Of a stretch of DNA of 32,000 bases, positions 10,133-15,826 are shown piece by piece. The notes beneath the pieces are model-generated. The model was not told the DNA's origin. It was given only the letters and a program-made list of their open reading frames with translations, and ran no database searches. The DNA lies in assembly GCF_000025925.1 (NCBI RefSeq), contig NC_014033.1, positions 2,250,001 through 2,282,000 of the forward strand, given 5' to 3'. The stretch comes from Xylanibacter ruminicola 23 (GTDB lineage: Bacteria; Bacteroidota; Bacteroidia; Bacteroidales; Bacteroidaceae). The translations under genes were made by a program, and so were the position numbers. Position 1 is the stretch's first letter, and the number at the start of each line of letters is the position of its first letter.

Positions 10133-10963
10133 ATGAACAAAATGAAAAAGTATTTATATAACATCATGTTCGCCTTCGTTGGAATACTTGCCCTCACGGC
10201 ATGTAAAGACGAGAGAGGAACAGAGCCCGGAACCGACAGCAATCCTGTTGTAACCATCTATCAGTATGATGCTCAGCTGCCTTTGAGCACCGACAACGAT
10301 TGCGTTGTACGCGTGGCAGCCAACAGTTCTGTTGAGTCGGCCTACTATCTGGCCGAGAAAGCCGACGACAAAGCCGCTCGCAATCTTGCACCCGATGCTT
10401 ATGCCGACTATGTAGTAAGCAATGGTACAAAGATCGACAACCTGTCGGCAGGTAACCCTGTAGATCTGACCCTTACCGGTATGATGGGCGACTACGTTAT
10501 CACCGTTGTAGGTGTTAAAGGTAGCACCAAGTACGCTACCGAGACATCGTTCAAGGGTCTCGACTGGCGCGATATCGCTACTGGTACCTACACCTTCGCT
10601 AAGCCAGCCGCTACTGGCCAGACAAGCACTACAGCCACACTGCAGTATTGCGCTAACGTAGATGGTTTGTACCGTATCAAGGACGTATTTGGCGCTGGCT
10701 ACTCACTGAAGTTCACCGGCACAGGTATGAAGGGTACCGACAAAACTGGTAATTACGAAGTAGTTCGCGTAGCAGCTCAGCCTATTGGTAAGACCTACGG
10801 CAACTACGGCGATGTAAGCGTTCGCGACCTTGCTACCTGGCAGAACACAGACGACTATCTCGACAACGCCATGTACGACGATGGCTATTGCTACTTCTGG
10901 GTACAGTACTTCGTATCTGCTGGTAGCCTTGGCTACGGTTACGATAAGTTTGTTCCTGAGTGA
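10133..10963 (+). CDS. Surface lipoprotein of unknown function (SusE/F-position accessory protein, 276 aa)
   Basis: It has a lipobox (ILALTACKDE), is the third gene of the unit, and has beta-rich composition. Confidence 0.7.
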   Translation: MNKMKKYLYNIMFAFVGILALTACKDERGTEPGTDSNPVVTIYQYDAQLPLSTDNDCVVRVAANSSVESAYYLAEKADDKAARNLAPDAYADYVVSNGTKIDNLSAGNPVDLTLTGMMGDYVITVVGVKGSTKYATETSFKGLDWRDIATGTYTFAKPAATGQTSTTATLQYCANVDGLYRIKDVFGAGYSLKFTGTGMKGTDKTGNYEVVRVAAQPIGKTYGNYGDVSVRDLATWQNTDDYLDNAMYDDGYCYFWVQYFVSAGSLGYGYDKFVPE

Positions 10964-11012
10964 TCTGCAGGACGTATGAAAGAGTAAGATCAATCTCTCT
11001 TTTTAATAATTG

Positions 11013-11060
11013 TCCCCCCGCAAAACCATGTGAATGGCCCGCGAGGGGATTTCTTTTTTT
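11013..11060 (+). terminator. Rho-independent terminator after unit 1
   Basis: The stem is TCCCCCCGC ... GCGAGGGGA, followed by TTTCTTTTTTT. Confidence 0.7.
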
Positions 11061-11064
11061 CTAA

Positions 11065-11087
11065 CTGTAGCACTGTAGCGGTGTAGC
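11065..11087. repeat. YGCTACAG octamer array (3 units, CTGTAGC orientation)
   Basis: The sequence is CTGTAGCACTGTAGCGGTGTAGC. It matches 22/23 to the reverse complement of 30066-30088. Related arrays lie at 13609-13630 and 13725-13746. Confidence 0.8.
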
Positions 11088-11183
11088 AAAAGTGTTGCGC
11101 ACAGACAACATAATTTTATAAAAAGTGTTGCGCGCAAGCAACATTTTTATCAAAAAGTGTTGGTTGTATGCAACATTTTTATT
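11088..11183 (+). promoter_or_regulatory. Three tandem 32-bp units, each carrying TGTTG-N8-CAACA (candidate operator array)
   Basis: The units are AAAAGTGTTGCGCACAGACAACATAATTTTAT, AAAAAGTGTTGCGCGCAAGCAACATTTTTATC and AAAAAGTGTTGGTTGTATGCAACATTTTTATT. They abut the -7 box of the ATPase gene. Confidence 0.6.
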
Positions 11184-11190
11184 ATCTTTG
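11183..11190 (+). promoter_or_regulatory. -7 promoter box TAtcTTTG for the AAA+ ATPase gene
   Basis: The context is ttattatctttgcc, 19 nt upstream of ATG 11209. Confidence 0.55.
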
Positions 11191-11208
11191 CCCCAAAAAT
11201 GATAGCTT

Positions 11209-12420
11209 ATGGATGCATTATTTAGAAAAAGCGACCGTTTACTGGCCAATACCAGCACAGAGATTGTACGCGAAATAGCAAATACAATCCATTGGAACGC
11301 CCAGCTAATTAGCATTATCGGTGCAAAAGGTGTGGGCAAGTCAACGCTCATTAAGCAGTATATCAAACAGAACTACGAACCTGGCGACAGGAGGGTTTTA
11401 TACTGCTCAGCTGATACTGTCGACTTTTCAACGCGCACACTGGTGGAACTAGCCGAAGAGTTTACCGTAAGAGGCGGCGAGCTGCTAGCCATCGACGAAA
11501 TCCACAAGTACAAATCGGGCAATACCGACTGGAGTCGTGAAATAAAGGAAATATACGAACTCTATCCCGACCTGAAGTTGATAGTAAGCGGATCATCACT
11601 ACTTAAACTAAAAGAAGGCGATGCTGACCTGTCACGACGAGCCGTAAAATATACACTGGCAGGATTGTCGTTTCGCGAAGCTTTACGTTTTTATCATGGA
11701 TTGGAGTTCGAAAAATGGACGTTAGACGACATTCTGAAGCACCCTTACGATTTATGGCAAACGGTGTCGACTAAGTGCAAGCCCAACGCACTGTTTAAGG
11801 AATATCTGAAAAAAGGCTACTACCCCTTTCTACTTGAAGGCGAGGGCGAGTATCACACAAAAATAGAGCAGGTGGTAAACTATATTATTGAAACAGAATT
11901 ACCCCAGATATGCAAGGTTGACGTGGCCAATGTAAGAAAACTGCAGGCACTTGTGGCGATGATATGCAGCGAGATACCTTTTGCACTAAATGCCAACCGA
12001 ATTGCCGCAGCCCTTGAAATTGGTCGCGACACGGTGGTGGAATACCTGAAATACCTGGGAGATGCCAAAGTATTAAATCTGCTTTACTCTGAAAAAAAGA
12101 AAATAGGCAAGCTCTCGAAACCCGATAAGGTATATCTCGAAAACCCCAATATCATGTATGCCCTAGCCCCTACCAAGGTTGAAATAGGAACACTACGCGA
12201 AACCTTTGCCGTGGGCAGTCTCACAGAGTCGCATAATGTTGAATACGGAAAAGCGCAAGGTGATTTTCTTGTTGACTCGAAGTACACATTCGAGATTGGC
12301 GGTCGCAGCAAGGATTTCTCGCAGATAGCAGGTATAAAGGATTCGTATATTTTTGCCGACGACTGGGATATGCCCGATGGTGCAAAACTCCCACTCTGGA
12401 TGCTAGGTTTCTTATATTAA
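11209..12420 (+). CDS. AAA+ ATPase of the COG1373 / AAA_14-DUF4143 type (403 aa)
   Basis: Walker A is GAKGVGKST and Walker B is LLAIDEIHK. The C-terminal region GDFLVDSKYTFEIGGRSK resembles the D...ExK nuclease-like tail of this family. Confidence 0.8.
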   Translation: MDALFRKSDRLLANTSTEIVREIANTIHWNAQLISIIGAKGVGKSTLIKQYIKQNYEPGDRRVLYCSADTVDFSTRTLVELAEEFTVRGGELLAIDEIHKYKSGNTDWSREIKEIYELYPDLKLIVSGSSLLKLKEGDADLSRRAVKYTLAGLSFREALRFYHGLEFEKWTLDDILKHPYDLWQTVSTKCKPNALFKEYLKKGYYPFLLEGEGEYHTKIEQVVNYIIETELPQICKVDVANVRKLQALVAMICSEIPFALNANRIAAALEIGRDTVVEYLKYLGDAKVLNLLYSEKKKIGKLSKPDKVYLENPNIMYALAPTKVEIGTLRETFAVGSLTESHNVEYGKAQGDFLVDSKYTFEIGGRSKDFSQIAGIKDSYIFADDWDMPDGAKLPLWMLGFLY

Positions 12421-12436
12421 TGATAATACAAAAAAA

Positions 12437-12470
12437 TCCCCTCGCTGATGATTCTGCGGGGGGATTCTTT
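12437..12470. terminator. Bidirectional terminator between the ATPase gene (+) and the small ORF (-)
   Basis: The stem is TCCCCTCGC ... GCGGGGGGA. An A-run lies on the left and a T-rich run on the right. On the minus strand the stem arms are identical to those of the 11013-11060 hairpin. Confidence 0.7.
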
Positions 12471-12471
12471 T

Positions 12472-12573
12472 CTACATGCCCATACAGCTGGTGGCGCCCA
12501 GGGCGGTTACTATCGCCGTTGCGATACTTGCAATCATCTGTACGATGAACTTCAGGGTTTCTTTCTTACTCAT
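12472..12573 (-). CDS. 33-aa small hydrophobic protein, 'smalltalk'-like peptide found next to Bacteroidales HU-like genes
   Basis: It is too short for the ORF track. The minus-strand ATG 12573 gives MSKKETLKFIVQMIASIATAIVTALGATSCMGM, ending at stop 12474-12472. The form is a charged N-terminus plus one helix ending in SC. It lies downstream of the HU-like gene and is followed by a strong terminator. The family name comes from memory of NCBI annotation. Confidence 0.6.
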   Translation of the reverse strand: MSKKETLKFIVQMIASIATAIVTALGATSCMGM

Positions 12574-12604
12574 AATGCTTTTAATAGTCAATGGTTAATA
12601 ATTT

Positions 12605-12698
12605 GGCACGGATTAACACGGCTTTATAAATAAAGACACGGCTTTTGTCGATGAAAAAAGAGCTGCGTTTCTCAAAAGAGAGCCGTGTAATCCGTGCC
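12605..12698. repeat. Palindromic 94-bp element, copy 1 (between the HU-like gene and the small ORF)
   Basis: The sequence is GGCACGGATTAACACGGCT...TCTCAAAAGAGAGCCGTGTAATCCGTGCC. The outer arms are inverted repeats. Copies 2 and 3 are at 15693-15787 and 16136-16229. Confidence 0.9.
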
Positions 12699-12703
12699 TA
12701 AAC

Positions 12704-13252
12704 TCAATCTCCGATTGGCTCGTGACTGCCGCCACCCTGGTTGCCGCCGGTGTTCTGACCGTTGCCACCGGTGTTACCGTTGTCGGTGGTGTTGCCGCTC
12801 TCAGGGTCCTCGATGTCGCTGCTGTCGCCACTGGTTACGCGCTTCAGTACGGTGCCGTCCTCGTCAAGGCAGGTAATCTGGATGCTGGTGTTCTTCAGCT
12901 CGTCCTTCACATCCACCGATGGGGTGAACACAATGCGACGGGTGGTAATCAGTCCGGTCTTCACGTCATCGAGCTTCTCAACGGCCTTGGCGCGCACGCC
13001 GAATCGCATGGTTCCCAGTCCGGGCACGGGTACCGAATGGCCCTCGGTGGCCCAGGTACGGATAACGGCGCCTGCTGCCTCCCATGCAGCCTTGATAACA
13101 CCTGCGCTAATGCCCGAGTGGGTGGCTGCCTCGGTAAACACCTTCTTCTCGGCGATGGCGCTGTACAGGTCGGGGCGCATCACGAAACGCTTGGCCCCAG
13201 GGTTCTTGCCGATCTTAAGCTCTCGGCGCTGTGCAATAACTTTGATACTCAT
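12704..13252 (-). CDS. Bacteroidales-type HU-like DNA-binding protein with G/N-rich acidic tail (182 aa)
   Basis: MSIKVIAQRRELKIGKNPGAKRFVMRPDLYSAIAEKKVF...VPVPGLGTMRF resembles the HU/IHF-fold 'putative DNA-binding protein' common in Bacteroides islands. The tail is NTTDNGNTGGNGQNTGGNQGGG. Confidence 0.75.
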   Translation of the reverse strand: MSIKVIAQRRELKIGKNPGAKRFVMRPDLYSAIAEKKVFTEAATHSGISAGVIKAAWEAAGAVIRTWATEGHSVPVPGLGTMRFGVRAKAVEKLDDVKTGLITTRRIVFTPSVDVKDELKNTSIQITCLDEDGTVLKRVTSGDSSDIEDPESGNTTDNGNTGGNGQNTGGNQGGGSHEPIGD

Positions 13253-13373
13253 AGGATAGTAAAATTAAAAAATTAAAAAATTAAAGAATTAAAAAATGTA
13301 ATAATTATAGGATTGTAAATAATTTTTAAATTTTATCATTTTTACATTTTTACATTGTTCTGAGTTCGGGTTC

Positions 13374-13493
13374 GGGCGGGGTATTAATCCTGCAGGGTGC
13401 TACGATTAAAGGTAACAATTGTTACTATTAATCTTCGCCGCTCGAGCTTCGCTCGCTTGGCTTGTCCAAGAAATCCGGGGATTAATATCGCCC
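13374..13493 (-). promoter_or_regulatory. Candidate structured 5' leader of the HU-like gene (closing stem plus three hairpins)
   Basis: GGGCGGGGTATTAATCC (13374-13390) pairs with GGATTAATATCGCCC (13479-13493). This stem encloses the GTAACAATTGTTAC palindrome (13412-13425), the CGAGC-TTC-GCTCG hairpin (13443-13455) and the CTTGG-cttgt-CCAAG hairpin (13456-13470). Confidence 0.4.
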
Positions 13494-13518
13494 TCAAGCC
13501 TCCCTCATTTTAACGTTA

Positions 13519-13526
13519 CAAAGGTA
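13519..13526 (-). promoter_or_regulatory. -7 promoter box (TAccTTTG on minus strand), implying a ~260-nt leader for the HU-like gene
   Basis: Plus strand caaaggta. I saw no other TAnnTTTG on the minus strand between here and ATG 13252. Confidence 0.4.
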
Positions 13527-13608
13527 CAACTTTTTCATTGCGGTTCACGAATAGCGAACCTACTTTTTTGCGAAAAATCACTGCGCGCGCCGCCACCATC
13601 CGCTGTCC

Positions 13609-13746
13609 GCTACGCGCTACAGCGCTACAGTTGTTTCCATCCCATCGCACACCATTATTTACTTCTATATTTATATATATAAATATAGGCACTACCGCTA
13701 CCACCCCCACCCCCGCAGTTCCAACTGTAGCACTGCAACGCGTAGC
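13609..13746. repeat. Symmetric element: inverted YGCTACAG arrays flanking a perfect 24-bp AT palindrome
   Basis: The left arm is GCTACGCGCTACAGCGCTACAG (13609-13630) and the right arm is CTGTAGCACTGCAACGCGTAGC (13725-13746). The palindrome CTATATTTATATATATAAATATAG (13665-13688) is centred within 2 bp of the midpoint between the arms. Confidence 0.8.
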
Positions 13747-13791
13747 ACACGTTTTTTTTCCAAAATATTTGGAAAATTGGAAATTAGTACG

Positions 13792-13799
13792 TATATTTG
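13792..13799 (+). promoter_or_regulatory. -7 promoter box TAtaTTTG for the MNT/HEPN operon
   Basis: The context is gtatatttgcacc, 22 nt upstream of ATG 13821. Confidence 0.55.
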
Positions 13800-13820
13800 C
13801 ACCATACAAAGCAATTAGTT

Positions 13821-14147
13821 ATGAACAATAGTAAAGTTATCGACAGTATTAAGCAGGTGGCCGAAAGGGTCTTACCCAAGGGTAGTCTGTTGTATCTCTA
13901 TGGGTCGCGTGCACGTGGAGACTGGCACGACGGTTCTGATTGGGATCTTCTGCTGATACTTGATAAGCCACGTCTTGAGCATGAGGATTTTAATAAGTAT
14001 TCCTATCCGTTTGTTGAAATGGGATGGGATATAGGCGAGGATATTCGTCCCCATGCATATACTAAGCAAGAGTGGTTTGATGGTCCACATGCTATGTTCT
14101 ATTATAATGTAGAAGAAGACAAACAAGTATTGTATGGAACTAAGTGA
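13821..14147 (+). CDS. Minimal nucleotidyltransferase (MNT-type, antitoxin-like) protein, 108 aa
   Basis: It carries the pol-beta NTase signature LYLYGSRARGDWHDGSDWDLLLIL. I moved the start to ATG 13821 because the TTG at 13797 lies inside the promoter box. Confidence 0.85.
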   Translation: MNNSKVIDSIKQVAERVLPKGSLLYLYGSRARGDWHDGSDWDLLLILDKPRLEHEDFNKYSYPFVEMGWDIGEDIRPHAYTKQEWFDGPHAMFYYNVEEDKQVLYGTK

Positions 14148-14541
14148 TAACGAGAGATCAACCATCGTACGCATGGAAATGGAGAAGGCACGCAAAACTT
14201 TTGCCGATATGGAATTTTGTGCCAAAGAGCAGAAATGGGAGGCTGCTGCCAATCGCCTGTACTATGCTTTGTTTCATGCGGTATCAGCCTTACTTATCAG
14301 TGGCGGTCAGAATGTAAAAAGTCATCGTGGCATCATGTCTCTTTTCGGACAGCATTATGTTCGTACAGGACTATTTACGAGCGAAGATGGTTCACTCCTC
14401 TCTGACCTTGTGATTATGCGCGATAACGCAGACTATAACCTATTCTTTGAGGCGAACGAGGAGAAAATCACTCCCTATATTGAGCCCACAAGACTGCTGA
14501 TTGATAAGATAGCAGAATTTGTTATTCCTAAAAACTCTTAA
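14134..14541 (+). CDS. HEPN-domain protein (135 aa), partner of the MNT gene
   Basis: It overlaps the MNT gene by 14 nt. NRLYYALFHAVSALLISGGQNVKSHRGIMSLF and VIMRDNADY are typical of MNT-associated HEPN proteins. Confidence 0.8.
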   Translation: MELSDNERSTIVRMEMEKARKTFADMEFCAKEQKWEAAANRLYYALFHAVSALLISGGQNVKSHRGIMSLFGQHYVRTGLFTSEDGSLLSDLVIMRDNADYNLFFEANEEKITPYIEPTRLLIDKIAEFVIPKNS

Positions 14542-14580
14542 TTATAACCTGCAGTTTTTGGTGGGTGCGAAGGTTTTTAT

Positions 14581-14588
14581 TATCTTTG
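14581..14588 (+). promoter_or_regulatory. -7 promoter box TAtcTTTG for the S24 peptidase gene
   Basis: The context is tttattatctttgcagcc. It lies inside the GTG-extended ORF, which argues for the downstream ATG 14667 as the true start. Confidence 0.5.
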
Positions 14589-14666
14589 CAGCCGTTTGGC
14601 GACCTGTGGAACGGCGCCGACTATGGATTATATTGTGAAATAAAACTTTTTAAAGAATTAATCGAC

Positions 14667-15479
14667 ATGAGAAATTTTAGTAGCATCGGTCAGTGGCCGA
14701 TGGAAATGGTGTGCGACACACCCGTGCCTTACTACGAAGTGGGAGTTAGTTGTGGACTGCCTGGCGAAATGGGGGAGCTGCCACCCGAGATGGTGCTGCT
14801 GCCCAGCATGCTGACGCGTGGCCGGCAAGTGTTTATCGTGGATGCCGATGGCGACTCGATGACCGGCGTGGGCATTTACAGTGGTGATGCGCTGCTGATA
14901 GAGAGTACACAGCGGGTGCACTGCGGCGAAGTGGTGATGGTGAGCATCGACGGCGAGGAGCTGTTGAAGGTGTATTACGTTGACGACACGGGGCGCCACT
15001 GGCTGTTGGCCGCCAACCCGAAGTACCAGCCACGCGAACTAACGGCCGACATGAATGTACGCATCTGCGGGCGCATGGTGTGCAACCTGAGTGCGCCGCA
15101 CGTATCGGTAAAGCACTGTGGCGAAGTGGTACGCCAGTTTAAAGCCAAGCAGAAGCAGCACCAGCCCGACATGTATGAGCGCCTGACCGAAGCCGTTATC
15201 CAGTGCAGTCATCTGTTTTGGGCAGCATCGGCCTGGGCAGTGGTTTTCGGTGTACTGCGCGATAAATACAGTTATGACAAGCCAGTTGCCGAGTTTGAGC
15301 GTATGGCCCAGGCCTTAAAGCTACCTGCTACGTTTAGGTTTGTATGTGGCGAAGGCAGTGTGCAGCGCACCATCAGTAATCATGAGTACATGCGAAAGAG
15401 TATCGACAAGTGGGAGGAGCAAGGTGCTGCCGACCGCGAACTGAAGCTGATGACGGTTTTAATTAAAGAATTGGCTTAG
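14667..15479 (+). CDS. S24 (UmuD/LexA-type) self-cleaving peptidase domain fused to a ~130-aa C-terminal domain of unknown function (270 aa)
   Basis: It has GDSM (Ser nucleophile), a Lys in EELLKVYY, and a Cys29-Gly30 candidate cleavage site (VGVSCGLPGE) like UmuD Cys24-Gly25. There is no N-terminal HTH. The C-terminal part QCSHLFWAASAWAVVFGVLRDKYSYDKPVAEFERMAQ... is unrecognised. Confidence 0.75.
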   Translation: MRNFSSIGQWPMEMVCDTPVPYYEVGVSCGLPGEMGELPPEMVLLPSMLTRGRQVFIVDADGDSMTGVGIYSGDALLIESTQRVHCGEVVMVSIDGEELLKVYYVDDTGRHWLLAANPKYQPRELTADMNVRICGRMVCNLSAPHVSVKHCGEVVRQFKAKQKQHQPDMYERLTEAVIQCSHLFWAASAWAVVFGVLRDKYSYDKPVAEFERMAQALKLPATFRFVCGEGSVQRTISNHEYMRKSIDKWEEQGAADRELKLMTVLIKELA

Positions 15480-15481
15480 TT

Positions 15482-15565
15482 TTACCGAACCTGTTACCGA
15501 ACTTCGGTAAGTATTAGTACCAAAGTTACCGAAACCTACAACACTTACCGAAAACTGTTACCGAA
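15482..15565. promoter_or_regulatory. Array of six TTACCGAA sites (one inverted, forming a 17-bp perfect palindrome)
   Basis: TTACCGAA occurs at 15482, 15494, 15526, 15545 and 15558, and TTCGGTAA at 15503. Positions 15494-15510 read TTACCGAACTTCGGTAA. The array starts 2 nt after the S24 stop codon. Confidence 0.7.
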
Positions 15566-15598
15566 TGCGTTCCAAGAAATTGGAGCGCATTATTTTTT
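15565..15598 (+). terminator. Rho-independent terminator after the S24 gene and site array
   Basis: The stem is ATGCGTTCCAA-gaaa-TTGGAGCGCAT (one G-T pair), followed by TATTTTTT. Confidence 0.65.
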
Positions 15599-15602
15599 GC
15601 CA

Positions 15603-15610
15603 TACTTTTG
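15603..15610 (+). promoter_or_regulatory. -7 promoter box TActTTTG for the antirepressor gene
   Basis: The context is gccatacttttgcagcg. It implies a ~210-nt leader that contains palindromic element copy 2. Confidence 0.45.
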
Positions 15611-15692
15611 CAGCGTGATTCAGTTCACGAGTGTTCTTTGACTTACTGCCACACCAACCCGACTCGGAATCGGCCGAGCGGATTTATTCTTA

Positions 15693-15787
15693 GGCACGGA
15701 TTTACACGGCTTTATAAATAAAGACACAGCTGTTATCAATGAAAAGAAAGCAGCGTTTCTCTAAAAGAGAGCCGTGTCATCCGTGCC
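15693..15787. repeat. Palindromic 95-bp element, copy 2 (5' leader of the antirepressor gene)
   Basis: The sequence is GGCACGGATTTACACGGCTTTATAAATAAAGACACAGCT...TCTCTAAAAGAGAGCCGTGTCATCCGTGCC. The left flank GAGCGGATTTATTCTTA resembles the left flank of copy 3. Confidence 0.9.
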
Positions 15788-15826
15788 CCCAAAAATATTA
15801 TTAACAATTTAAATACACACACAATT

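Noticed and set aside
12448-12633. 61-aa plus-strand ORF
   Set aside because: It begins inside the terminator hairpin and runs into the palindromic repeat. The opposite strand holds a much more plausible 33-aa peptide gene with its own terminator.
12722-13276. 184-aa and 165-aa plus-strand ORFs
   Set aside because: They lie antisense to the HU-like gene and have Gly/Val/Ala-rich shadow composition.
13430-13500. Possible degenerate third copy of the 81-bp repeat (shared words AGCCAAGC, GAGGGC.GATA in reverse orientation)
   Set aside because: The similarity is limited to short GC-rich words, and by eye I cannot build a convincing alignment. A proper local alignment would be needed.
13609-13746. 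Invertible (phase-variable) promoter flanked by inverted repeats
   Set aside because: No TAnnTTTG box lies between the inverted arms on either strand, and no invertase or recombinase gene is in the window. The MNT promoter lies outside the arms.
13419-13831. Three overlapping 87-97-aa ORFs in the HU/MNT intergenic region
   Set aside because: They span hairpins, octamer arrays and the AT palindrome and have no coding-like composition. I treat the region as regulatory or non-coding.
14565-14666. GTG-initiated extension of the S24 ORF
   Set aside because: The GTG and the first codons overlap the TAtcTTTG promoter box. ATG 14667 is the first in-frame ATG downstream of the predicted transcription start.
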